From a bacterium (GTDB taxonomy: Bacteria; Bacillota; Clostridia; Lachnospirales; Lachnospiraceae): DNA of 64,000 nt. The notes beneath the pieces are model-generated. The model searched no databases. It saw only the letters and a list, made by a program, of their open reading frames with translations, and had not been told where the DNA came from. How positions within the stretch are numbered: the first letter of the stretch is position 1; each line of letters starts with the position of its first letter. The stretch covers positions 16,477-80,476 of the forward strand of contig JAMPGX010000008.1 of NCBI GenBank assembly GCA_023663725.1. Direction: 5' to 3'. Both the position numbers and the translations under genes were made by a program. Of this stretch, positions 29,535-38,397 are shown piece after piece.

Positions 29535-31706
29535 ATGACAAATTACACGAGACCGGACAGGGCGTCCCTGAGAGCGGTGATTGCCTCCGCAGAGCGGGCG
29601 GATGGACAGTATCAATATGTGATGAATGTGGCTGGAGACTGCCGGAAGCAGATCCTGCACAACTATCAGGCGGAAAAAAAGGAGGCTGCAAATGAGCTGC
29701 TCAGGCAGATAGACGTGGAGGATTTGAACCGTCAAAAACAGGGCATCAGGGTGTCCCTGCTGCGGAGCGCTCATCTGGAGAATATCTATCAGGTATTGTG
29801 CGCGGGTCCGCGTCGTCTGATAAACATTAACGGCATCGGGGAGGCCGGGGCGGACAAAATCATGAGGATCGCTCGGATGTATCAGCAGGAGGCACAGAAA
29901 AAGGCCCGCATTCGGCTGGACGACGTGGAGAGGAATCCACGCCAGGCGGCCATTCTGCAAGGACTCTATCTGCTGCTGGAATTGCAGCAGGACTTCAAGC
30001 TGGCGGGCAGCGTCCAGGAGAAATGTCATCTTTCCGTGCAGGACAAGCTCCAGGGCACCCGACAACTACAGAGTAGTCTGGGATGGATCTTTAAGAGCGC
30101 CCGACAGAAGCAACAGGCGTTGGATGCCTATGTGCAACTGAGAACGCTGACTGGACAGGGTTATGTCAATATGGCGGCGAAGCTTCAGGGACACACCTGG
30201 CAGACGCTGGCACAGGATACGGGCGCTCTGAGCCGTCAGGCGTTTGCGCGCAACACCGCTCCTTTTTATGCCGCGCTGGAGGAGGTTACAGGAGAGAGAC
30301 TGGAGGAGAAGGCTTACTCCGGCGGTCTGTCCGAGGAATATGTGCAGAGCATCGAGACGCTGGATCTGGACCTGTCCCTGATGCGCTCCACCCTGCGACA
30401 GTATCAGCTTTTCGGCGTCAAATATATCCTGCAGAACCGACGGGTGCTGCTGGGGGACGAGATGGGACTGGGCAAGACCATCCAGGCCATCGCTTGCATG
30501 GCGCATCTGAAAGCGCAGGGCAAGACACATTTCCTGGTGGTTTGTCCCGTGAGTGTTATGGTCAACTGGAGCCGTGAGGTCAGCAATCACAGCACTCAGC
30601 AGGCACTGGAGATCCACGGGCTTGACCGCGGGGAGGAGTACGACCAGTGGGGACAGGAAGGCGGTGTCGGTATCACTACCTATGAGACGATCACGCGGCT
30701 GGAGCTGGGCGAGGAGCAGATTGATCTGCTGGTGGTGGACGAGGCTCACTATGTCAAGAACCCCAAGGCCCAGAGGACGCAGGCGTTGCAGCGACTGGCG
30801 CAGATTGCGGAGTACGTGCTGTTTATGACCGGCACCCCGCTGGAGAACCGGGTGGAGGAGATGATCTTCCTGGTGAGTATGTTAAACGGGGAAGTGGCGC
30901 GGAACCTGGAGCGGGTGGCCGCGATCTCCACGGCTGACAGTTTTCGAGAGGCGGCCAGCGAGGTATATCTGCGCCGCATCCGCGAGGATGTGCTGACAGA
31001 GCTGCCGGAGAAGGAGGAGAAACAGGAATGGTGCGCCATGAACCGCCAGGAGAGGGAGGCGTATTATCATTCCCTGCTGGAGGGCAACTATATGGCGGTG
31101 CGCCAGGTGTCCTGGAATGTGGAGGATATCAAAGATTCCTCTAAGGCGGCGCGTCTGCTGGAGCTCTGTGAGACTGCCAGGGAGAACGGCAGGCGGGTTA
31201 TCATTTTTTCCTTTTTCCTGCATACTATCCAGACTGTGATGCAGCTCCTGGGCGATCGGTGCTACGGCCCGATCAGCGGCGGCGTGTCGGGGGCAAAGCG
31301 GCAGGAGATATTGGACGCGTTTGGAGAGAGCGCGCCGGGCAGCGTACTGGTGAGTCAGATCATCGCCGGAGGCACTGGCATCAATGTGCAGGCGGCCAGC
31401 GTCGTGATCCTCTGCGAGCCGCAGTGGAAGCCCTCCACGGAGGAGCAGGCCATCTCCAGAGCCTATCGCATGGGACAGCAGCAGAAGGTCATGGTACACA
31501 GGCTTCTCTCGCAGAACAGCATCGACGAGAGGATGCTGGAGATCCTGCAGGGAAAGGCGGATATCTTCGAGCGTTTCGCCCAGGAATCCGTGGCTGGCGA
31601 GCGGATGAAGGAGATGAGCGAGGAGACCGCCATGAAGCTGATCATTCGGGCGGAGCTGGAGCGGCTGCAGGCCCAGGAGAACTTGGGAGAGGCAGCCACG
31701 GAATAG
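29535..31706 (+). CDS. SNF2-family helicase/ATPase with N-terminal helix-hairpin-helix
   Basis: LGDEMGLGKT, DEAH, TGTPLEN, GGTGINVQAA, QAISRAYRMGQ; INGIGEAGA HhH-like motif. Confidence 0.9.
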   Translation: MTNYTRPDRASLRAVIASAERADGQYQYVMNVAGDCRKQILHNYQAEKKEAANELLRQIDVEDLNRQKQGIRVSLLRSAHLENIYQVLCAGPRRLININGIGEAGADKIMRIARMYQQEAQKKARIRLDDVERNPRQAAILQGLYLLLELQQDFKLAGSVQEKCHLSVQDKLQGTRQLQSSLGWIFKSARQKQQALDAYVQLRTLTGQGYVNMAAKLQGHTWQTLAQDTGALSRQAFARNTAPFYAALEEVTGERLEEKAYSGGLSEEYVQSIETLDLDLSLMRSTLRQYQLFGVKYILQNRRVLLGDEMGLGKTIQAIACMAHLKAQGKTHFLVVCPVSVMVNWSREVSNHSTQQALEIHGLDRGEEYDQWGQEGGVGITTYETITRLELGEEQIDLLVVDEAHYVKNPKAQRTQALQRLAQIAEYVLFMTGTPLENRVEEMIFLVSMLNGEVARNLERVAAISTADSFREAASEVYLRRIREDVLTELPEKEEKQEWCAMNRQEREAYYHSLLEGNYMAVRQVSWNVEDIKDSSKAARLLELCETARENGRRVIIFSFFLHTIQTVMQLLGDRCYGPISGGVSGAKRQEILDAFGESAPGSVLVSQIIAGGTGINVQAASVVILCEPQWKPSTEEQAISRAYRMGQQQKVMVHRLLSQNSIDERMLEILQGKADIFERFAQESVAGERMKEMSEETAMKLIIRAELERLQAQENLGEAATE

Positions 31707-31736
31707 CTGCAAAAGGATAGCGGTAAAAAAGAGTGT

Positions 31737-31769
31737 AAAGCCATTGACAATTAAACAGACTTTGCACTC
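31737..31769. repeat. Left arm of a ~34-bp inverted repeat pair; overlaps hairpin 31727-31773
   Basis: AAAGCCATTGACAATTAAACAGACTTTGCACTC matches the reverse complement of 32205-32238 with 3 mismatches and 1 gap. Confidence 0.8.
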
Positions 31770-31805
31770 TTTTGGTCGGTATATTCGGCTATGTGGCTTC
31801 TGCAG

Positions 31806-32165
31806 TTACCTTGGTATCAGATCATTCATCTTGAGTATTTCTTCTATTGTATCCATGCCGTCCTGCAATCTTGCGAGTTTCTTGTTGGTTTCTTTTTCAA
31901 AAAGCTTTTGCGAAAGCTGTAATTCGTTCAACTGTTCCTGCATTTTGTCCTGCTTGACTTCCATTGCATCCATGCGATTTTCCATCCTATCAAGCCTGGA
32001 ATCCACTTTGTCAAGCCTGGAGTCCACTTTGTCAAGCCTGGAGTCCACTTTGTCAAGCCTGGAGTCCACTTTGTCAAGCCTGAAATCCACTTTATCAAGT
32101 CTGGAATTCACTTTATCAAGCTGACCGATAATTTCCTGAAACATTTCTTTGGTTTCCTTGTCCAT
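31806..32165 (-). CDS. 119-aa coiled-coil protein with (LDKVDSR)n heptad repeat
   Basis: GGGAGG RBS; in-frame 21-bp repeats. Confidence 0.85.
   Translation of the reverse strand: MDKETKEMFQEIIGQLDKVNSRLDKVDFRLDKVDSRLDKVDSRLDKVDSRLDKVDSRLDRMENRMDAMEVKQDKMQEQLNELQLSQKLFEKETNKKLARLQDGMDTIEEILKMNDLIPR
31990..32121. repeat. 21-bp tandem repeat, 6 copies plus a partial
   Basis: Unit TCAAGCCTGGAGTCCACTTTG, head-to-tail with no spacers. Confidence 0.95.
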
Positions 32166-32204
32166 TTGTTTATACCTCCCGTATGAAGAAGTATACCACC
32201 TCCG

Positions 32205-32238
32205 GAGTGTAAAGTCTATTTAATTGTCAAAGGGCTTT
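32205..32238. repeat. Right arm of the inverted repeat; carries the likely -35 of the heptad gene promoter
   Basis: On the minus strand TAGACT-17-TATACT with TG extension reads into the gene. Confidence 0.7.
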
Positions 32239-32401
32239 CAGTTTTCTATGCAGACTGCTCCAATTTTTACTGTGTTTGTGATTCCTGTCGGGGTCGTTTT
32301 TTATATTTTCCAGGAATTTCGAGGCGTGAAGAGGGCGTGTAAGTGACATACCGTAGGCAACGGCTTACAATAACTCCAAACAGCGAAAGGGAGGTAAGTC
32401 C

Positions 32402-32995
32402 ATGGAATACGGTTACGCGCGGGTTTCTACGAAGGAGCAGAATGAGAGGAGACAGTTTGCCGCTCTACAGGAATTTGGAATTGAAAAAGGCAGGATATAT
32501 GTGGATAAGCAGTCCGGGAAAAATTTTGAGCGTTCAGAGTATCAGCGGCTGCTGGGCAGATTGCGGCAGGGGGATACGCTTGTCATTCAGAGCATCGATC
32601 GCCTGGGGAGGAACTACGAGGAAATCCTGGAACAGTGGAGGATCATCACCAAGGAGAAACAGGTGAGCATCGTGGTACTGGATATGCCATTGCTGGACAC
32701 CCGCCAAAGCAGAGATCTGACAGGGACGCTGATTGTCGATATTGTCCTGCAGCTTCTCTCCTATGTGGCCCAGACGGAGCGGGAGTTCATTCGTCAGCGG
32801 CAGGCGGAGGGAATCGCCATAGCAAAACAGCAGGGTGTGAAATTCGGACGCAGACCCATGGAGCGCCCACAGGAATACGAGCTACTGAAAAAACAATGGC
32901 AACAGGGAAAAATCTCCGCCAGAAACGCCGCCAGGCAGTTGGTAGTCACACATCGGACATTCCTGCTCTGGGCTAATGAGAGTGCGGATGGATAA
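32402..32995 (+). CDS. Serine recombinase (resolvase/invertase family)
   Basis: YGYARVSTKEQNERRQ, DKQSGK, SIDRLGRN, ER..IRQRQAEGI..AK..GVKFGR; upstream dyad TGTAAG-N20-CTTACA at 32338-32369. Confidence 0.95.
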   Translation: MEYGYARVSTKEQNERRQFAALQEFGIEKGRIYVDKQSGKNFERSEYQRLLGRLRQGDTLVIQSIDRLGRNYEEILEQWRIITKEKQVSIVVLDMPLLDTRQSRDLTGTLIVDIVLQLLSYVAQTEREFIRQRQAEGIAIAKQQGVKFGRRPMERPQEYELLKKQWQQGKISARNAARQLVVTHRTFLLWANESADG

Positions 32996-33161
32996 AGAAA
33001 TACAATTTGGTATCCAGATCGAAATCTGCCAAATATCCTATTTTTATGAAAAGAAGTATATCACATAGGGAATGTTTTTACAAGTCTGAAATGGAAAATA
33101 GTGAGTGCGTGGAGGCTTTTAAGACGCGGGTCTTTATATATGATCCTTGTGAATTGAAGAC

Positions 33162-33253
33162 TTGACAAATGTCATGACTCATATATGATAAGAGATACAA
33201 CAGCAGAAAAAATAACGCTTCCGCGTTTTGTGGACGTTATTTTTTCTGCTGTT
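33162..33253 (+). promoter_or_regulatory. Promoter and long leader hairpin of Rpn copy 1
   Basis: TTGACA-16-TATGAT; hairpin AACAGCAGAAAAAATAACG/CGTTATTTTTTCTGCTGTT followed by Ts. Confidence 0.75.
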
Positions 33254-33288
33254 TTAATATTTTTTGAAAAAAGAGGAGGAGCTTACGA

Positions 33289-33966
33289 ATGGTAAAAGAG
33301 GATGGAAAAGGGATTACCAACAGGGCGGTAAAGGACAGCGCCTTCACAGCGTACTTTGGCGAACCCGAAAACGCCTGCAAGCTGTATGCGGCGCTGGGAG
33401 ACGGGGAGGTATCCCCAGAGGATATCACCTATGTGACGCTGGACGGGGTGTTGTTTATAGCCAGAAAGAACGACCTTGCTTTCACGGTAAAGAACCGTGT
33501 GCTGGTGATCAGTGAACATCAATCCACACTCAACGAAAATATGCCCTTGCGGGATTTGCTTTACCTGGGCCGCACACTGGAAAAATTGCTGGACGAGAGG
33601 ATGATCTACCGACGCAAGCTGTTCCAGATTCCTACGTCGGAGTTCTATGTCTTTTACAATGGTGATGAGCCGTGTCCACCGGAGAAAATTTTGCGGCTTT
33701 CCGATGCTTTTCTTGATAAAACGGAGCATCCTATGGTAGAATTGGAAGTGAAAGTAATCAATATCAATCTGCCGTCGGGACACAGGTTGCTGAAGGAATG
33801 CCGCCCGATGTACGAGTACTCCTGGTTCATCCAGCGGATTAAGGATTACCTGGGAGCTGGATGGATTCGGGACGAGGCATATGAGGCCGGTCTGGGCAAG
33901 GACAGGGCAGCCCAGGCCCGACGGGTCATATACACTTTTCTGGAGCAATTGAAAGAGAGCCCCTAG
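33289..33966 (+). pseudogene. Rpn-family PD-(D/E)XK nuclease, copy 1, with internal deletion and amber stop
   Basis: Close paralog of 35405; jumps from RDEA to EAYE; GAG->TAG at 33964; homology continues to ~34010. Confidence 0.75.
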
Positions 33967-34023
33967 GATATCCGCCGCCATATTAAGGGAGAGCAGGACG
34001 GTAAGCCCTCGAAAGATCAGCGA

Positions 34024-34815
34024 TCAGTTCTGCTGCTTCCAGCATCGAAACAAGCAGAGCCACTGGATATATAAGGTCACGCCGTCTTCATGGGCATGGG
34101 GTAGCCCTGCCTGTTTTAACGCTGTGGACACCTGTCTCTTTGTGAGAAGGCTGTTCCTGCCCCAGATTCCGTATTTGAAGGAATGCTCAACAAAACGCCT
34201 AAAGTCCTTCAGATCACTCTTGCATAAATCCGGCGCTGCTTTCCTGGAAAAATGCACCAGCACGGAATTTACAGAGGGCATGGGGTGAAAATCCTCCCTG
34301 TGGAAATGATAGAGGATCTTCATATCCCAGTTTACCTTAAGCAGCAGGGACTGCTTTGTCTCCTTTCCCGCCCCTGTGAATCTTTTGGCAGCGCCTTTTT
34401 CCATGATTAACCAAATATCCTTCGGCGGATTGGGAGCGCCCGTCAGCTTATCCAGAATTTGCGTGGTAATGCAATAAGGAATATTGGAAAAGACCTTGTA
34501 ATCCCCCTCTGTTGGGAGGGAATATTTTAAAAAGTCTTCGTGGACCAGGCGCAGATTGGAATATTTGGCCAGTTTATGCTTAGAGCCTTCATATAATTTT
34601 CGGTCAAGCTCTGCGGAATACACCTGTCCGCTTTTCCTGCACAATGCCTCTGTCAGATGTCCCTTCCCCGTTCCGATCTCAATGACTGTGTCATTTTGAT
34701 GAATATCGGTGAGGTGAAGAAGCCTTTGAATCAGGGCGCTGCTTGTGATAAAGTTTTGGGAATCTGATAATTTTACACTGTGATTGAGAGTGGACTGTCT
34801 CCTGCTTTTTTTCAT
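34024..34815 (-). CDS. erm: Erm-family 23S rRNA adenine N6-methyltransferase, ErmQ-like (putative MLSB resistance)
   Basis: SQNF, VIEIGTGKG, ELD, FSNIPY, EKGAAKRF, FHPMPSV; start reset to ATG 34815 behind AGGAGG (263 aa). Confidence 0.85.
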   Translation of the reverse strand: MKKSRRQSTLNHSVKLSDSQNFITSSALIQRLLHLTDIHQNDTVIEIGTGKGHLTEALCRKSGQVYSAELDRKLYEGSKHKLAKYSNLRLVHEDFLKYSLPTEGDYKVFSNIPYCITTQILDKLTGAPNPPKDIWLIMEKGAAKRFTGAGKETKQSLLLKVNWDMKILYHFHREDFHPMPSVNSVLVHFSRKAAPDLCKSDLKDFRRFVEHSFKYGIWGRNSLLTKRQVSTALKQAGLPHAHEDGVTLYIQWLCLFRCWKQQN

Positions 34816-34854
34816 GATATGCCTCCTTTTTGTCTTATTGGCCAGAGCAACAAA

Positions 34855-35135
34855 AAAGGCAATAAAAAAGCAGGATATTCTCCTGAAACGGAAATTCCCT
34901 GCAAAACTCATACAAGCCGGCCATTCAACAGTAGAACAGCCGAACACGGTGTCGGTCAAACATTTGTGTGTTGGTTTGTATTGCACGCAAAAAAATCCCA
35001 TTTACATGAGACGATATATCTGCTTTTTTACTGCCCCTGAATACGGGACTTTCTGCAATTACAAACACCCACTGTACGAAACCGCCTTTCGTTTGTTATC
35101 TCTGTTAATATACTATATTTATGCCAGGTTGTCAA
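34855..35135 (-). promoter_or_regulatory. erm promoter and candidate attenuator leader
   Basis: TTGACA(35135)-17-TATATT; GCAGG...CCTGC hairpin plus T6 at ~34864-34902; complementary AAAAAAGCAGATAT segment at 35016-35029. Confidence 0.6.
35028..35072 (-). CDS. Putative erm leader peptide MGVCNCRKSRIQGQ
   Basis: GTG start 9 nt after AAAGGCGG; contains K-S-R (+X+) motif; stop overlaps the antiterminator strand. Confidence 0.5.
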   Translation of the reverse strand: MGVCNCRKSRIQGQ

Positions 35136-35276
35136 TTCCCTGAGCTTTTTTCTACAGTATATAGTAGCCGATTTTGTATGCGGTAATCTCTGTTACCATT
35201 GATAAAAATGGTATACTGCCGTACCCAGTGTAAAAATTTTGAAGAATTCAGAAAGTTATTTTTGTGAATCGAAGGC

Positions 35277-35369
35277 TTGACAAATGCTCTGCCCCTTGTA
35301 TAATAAGAGATACAACAGCAGAAAGAATAACGGTTCCGCATTTTTGTGGACGTTATTCTTTCTGCTGTT
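35277..35369 (+). promoter_or_regulatory. Promoter and long leader hairpin of Rpn copy 2
   Basis: TTGACA-16-TATAAT; hairpin AACAGCAGAAAGAATAACG/CGTTATTCTTTCTGCTGTT followed by Ts. Confidence 0.78.
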
Positions 35370-35404
35370 TTATATTTAATTGAAAAAAGAGGAGGAGTTT
35401 ACGA

Positions 35405-36649
35405 ATGGCAAAAGTGGATGGAAAAGGGATTACCAATCGGGCGGTAAAGGACAGCGCTTTCACGGCGTACTTTGGCGAACCCGAAAACGCGTGCAAGCTG
35501 TATGCAGCGCTGGGGGATGGGGAGGTGTCTCCAGAGGATATTGCTTATGTGACTTTGGACGGAGTGTTGTTTATCGCCAGGAAGAATGATCTGGCGTTCA
35601 CGGTAAAGAACCGTGTGCTGGTCATCAGTGAGCATCAGTCTACAATCAACGAGAACATGCCCCTGAGGGATCTGCTCTATTTGGGGCGTACACTGGAGAA
35701 ACTGCTGAATAAAAGGTTGATCTACCGACGTAAGCTGTTTCAGATCCCTACGCCGGAGTTCTATGTCTTTTACAATGGAGACGAGCCATGTCCGCCGGAA
35801 AAAATTTTGCGGCTTTCCGATGCTTTCCTTGATCAAACAGAGCATCCTATGGTAGAATTGGAAGTGAAAGTAATCAACATTAATCTGCCGTCAGGACATA
35901 AGCTGCTGCAGGACTGTCGTCCGATGTACGAGTATTCCTGGTTTATCCAGAGGATCAAGGATTATCTGGGGGCTGGATGGGGCAGGGATGAAGCGATCAC
36001 TCAGGCGGTTAAAGACTGTATGGAAGAGGGAATCCTGACGGGGTTCATAAGAGAACATGGTTCGGAGGTGGTAAATATGCTGTATACACAGTGGAATTAC
36101 GATGATGCGGTTGCGGTGGAGAGGGAAGAGGCATATGAGGATGGGAGACTTGCGGAGAGCCGTCAAGTCATATATTCTTTTCTGAAACAGTTGGGAGAGA
36201 TTCCCGAGGATATTCGCAGCAGTATCGAGAGAGAGCAGGATAGTGAGGTGTTGAAAAAGTGGTATATGACCGCGCCCCGTATAAAAAGCTTTGAAGAATT
36301 CAGAATATTTATAGGCGGACAGAAGCAGAACACCTCGGAGGTGGTAAATATGCTGTATACACAGTGGAATTACGATGATGCGGTTGCGGTGGAGAGGGAG
36401 GAGGCATATGAAGACGGATTGAGCAAGGGCAGGAAAGAGGGGCTGACGAGAGGTAGAATAGTCGAAGCCCGACGGGTCATATACACTTTTCTGGAGCAAT
36501 TGGGAGAGATTCCCGAGGATATCCGCCACCATATTGAGGACGAGCAGGACAGTGAGGTTCTGAAAAAGTGGTACACCGCCGCGCCTCTGGTGAAAAGCTT
36601 TGCGGAATTCCGTGAAAATATGTACGATAGGGATAATATTGGGGATTGA
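35405..36649 (+). CDS. Rpn-family PD-(D/E)XK nuclease, copy 2, with duplicated C-terminal domain
   Basis: KDSAF..YF, RKNDLAF, SEHQST.NENMPLR motifs; C-terminal EREEAYEDG repeats. Confidence 0.85.
   Translation: MAKVDGKGITNRAVKDSAFTAYFGEPENACKLYAALGDGEVSPEDIAYVTLDGVLFIARKNDLAFTVKNRVLVISEHQSTINENMPLRDLLYLGRTLEKLLNKRLIYRRKLFQIPTPEFYVFYNGDEPCPPEKILRLSDAFLDQTEHPMVELEVKVININLPSGHKLLQDCRPMYEYSWFIQRIKDYLGAGWGRDEAITQAVKDCMEEGILTGFIREHGSEVVNMLYTQWNYDDAVAVEREEAYEDGRLAESRQVIYSFLKQLGEIPEDIRSSIEREQDSEVLKKWYMTAPRIKSFEEFRIFIGGQKQNTSEVVNMLYTQWNYDDAVAVEREEAYEDGLSKGRKEGLTRGRIVEARRVIYTFLEQLGEIPEDIRHHIEDEQDSEVLKKWYTAAPLVKSFAEFRENMYDRDNIGD
36062..36600 (+). repeat. 273-bp-period intragenic tandem duplication; each unit starts with GGAGGTG-N6-ATG
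   Basis: TCGGAGGTGGTAAATATGCTGTATACACAGTGG... at 36062 and 36335; in-frame ATGs at 36077 and 36350. Confidence 0.92.
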
Positions 36650-36766
36650 CAAGCATTGGCGTGTTTGATATGATATAATTCCTGCGTCTGTAGAGGGCGA
36701 GCAGGAAAAAACAAAATCCAGACTACTTGGAAAGATGCATGGACATAACTACCAGGAGGAAGCAAT

Positions 36767-37555
36767 ATGATTGCGATGGAAAACGTGTGCAAGTCGTACA
36801 GGATTGCAAAGCGCAGCGGCGGCTTTCACGAGGCCGTAAAAGCCCTGTTTCACAGGGAGTATGAAGTGATTCATGCCCTCAGCGATGTGAGCTTTACTAT
36901 CTCGGACGGAGAGATGGTAGGTTACATCGGCCCCAACGGAGCGGGAAAAAGCTCCACGATCAAAATTCTCAGCGGAATATTGACACCTGACAGTGGCAGC
37001 TGTCTGATAGACGGCAGGGTGCCCTGGAAAGATCGAATCGAGCATGTGCGTCAGATCGGCGTGGTATTCGGGCAGCGCTCACAGCTGTGGTGGGATGTTC
37101 CGGTCATAGATTCCTTTGAGCTCCTCAAGGATATCTATACGATTCCAGATCAGATCTATCGATCCAATCTCGACGAATTAACGGAATTATTGAATCTGGG
37201 AGAGCTGCTGCGCACTCCGGCCAGGCAGTTGTCCCTGGGTCAGCGTATGCGCTGTGAGATCGCGGGTTCCCTCCTGCACAGTCCCAGGATATTATTCCTG
37301 GACGAGCCCACCATCGGCCTGGATGCGGTGTCCAAGCTGGCGGTGCGGGATTTTATCAAAAAGCAGAATGAGATCCATGGCACCACGGTGATCCTGACCA
37401 CCCATGATATGCAGGATATCGAGGCGCTGACGAAACGGATTATCTTGATTGGCAAGGGCCGCATCCTGATGGATGGCACATTGGAGGATATCCGGCGTGG
37501 CGGGGAAAATATAGACGAGGAGGTTGCGGAGCTGTACCGCAGTTATGAGATATGA
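36767..37555 (+). CDS. ABC exporter ATP-binding protein
   Basis: GPNGAGKS, LSLGQRMR, LFLDEP, TTH. Confidence 0.93.
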   Translation: MIAMENVCKSYRIAKRSGGFHEAVKALFHREYEVIHALSDVSFTISDGEMVGYIGPNGAGKSSTIKILSGILTPDSGSCLIDGRVPWKDRIEHVRQIGVVFGQRSQLWWDVPVIDSFELLKDIYTIPDQIYRSNLDELTELLNLGELLRTPARQLSLGQRMRCEIAGSLLHSPRILFLDEPTIGLDAVSKLAVRDFIKKQNEIHGTTVILTTHDMQDIEALTKRIILIGKGRILMDGTLEDIRRGGENIDEEVAELYRSYEI

Positions 37556-38355
37556 GAAAATATCTTTCTTTTTTCCGGCTGCGGTTTTCCATGGGACTGC
37601 AGTACCGGACGGCGGCAGCGGCGGGCATTGTGACCCAGTTCTTCTGGGGAGCCATGGAAATATTGGTGTACAGGGCCTTCTATGAGGCGGATGCTGCGGC
37701 TTTTCCGATGAGCTTTGAGGCTGTGGTGACCTATATCTGGCTGCAACAGGCATTTCTGGCGGTGTTTGGGGCCTGGATTATCGAGGGTGAAATCTTTGAT
37801 TCCATCAGGAACGGCAACATCGCCTATGAACTGTGCCGTCCGATCAGGATCTATCACATGTGGTTTTCCAGATCGGTGGCCAACCGTGTCTCCAAGGCGC
37901 TGCTGCGCTGTGTTCCCATTCTGGCGGTGGCGGCGCTGTTGCCCGCGCCGTATGGACTGCGGCTGCCCGCGAGCTGGCTGCACGGCGGACTGTTCCTGCT
38001 GACGCTTCTGCTGGGACTGTTGGTGATCGTGGCGTTTACCATGTTGGTCTATATCACGACCTTTTACACGCTGTCCCCTGACGGAGTCAGGATATTCTCT
38101 GTCTCGGCGGTAGAGTTTTTTTCGGGGGCTGTGATTCCGCTGCCCTTTTTCCCGGAGAAGCTGCGCTTTGTCCTGGAATTGCTTCCCTTTGCCGCCATGC
38201 AGAATGTGCCTCTGCGAATCTACAGCGGCAGTATGACGGGGGAGGAGATGCTGCGGGCGGTCTGCCTGCAGGCATTCTGGCTGGCGGTGCTGGTGGGAGC
38301 GGGCTACAGGCTGTGCCGGAGGGCGGAGCGGAAGGTGCTGGTGCAGGGTGGATAG
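37552..38355 (+). CDS. ABC-2 family permease
   Basis: Six-TM pattern; IRNGNIAYELCRP motif; ATGA overlap. Confidence 0.88.
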   Translation: MRKYLSFFRLRFSMGLQYRTAAAAGIVTQFFWGAMEILVYRAFYEADAAAFPMSFEAVVTYIWLQQAFLAVFGAWIIEGEIFDSIRNGNIAYELCRPIRIYHMWFSRSVANRVSKALLRCVPILAVAALLPAPYGLRLPASWLHGGLFLLTLLLGLLVIVAFTMLVYITTFYTLSPDGVRIFSVSAVEFFSGAVIPLPFFPEKLRFVLELLPFAAMQNVPLRIYSGSMTGEEMLRAVCLQAFWLAVLVGAGYRLCRRAERKVLVQGG

Positions 38356-38397
38356 CAGGATACGGTACTGCTGGAGAAACCGGCAGCGGGAGACGGA

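Noticed and set aside
29535-31706. SNF2 helicase as the ZorD partner of the ZorAB-like pair
   Set aside because: About 19 kb away, no Mrr-like nuclease domain visible, and no zorC
31990-32121. 21-bp repeats as a CRISPR array
   Set aside because: Head-to-tail with no spacers, in frame within a CDS, and no cas genes
34024-34815. Housekeeping KsgA/RsmA
   Set aside because: SQNF/SNIPY/FHPMPS motifs, island context and attenuator-like leader fit Erm better
34816-35001. N-terminal extension MGFFCVQYKP... of erm, superficially like ErmCL
   Set aside because: No SD before ATG 35001; a strong AGGAGG precedes 34815; the region is better explained as leader RNA
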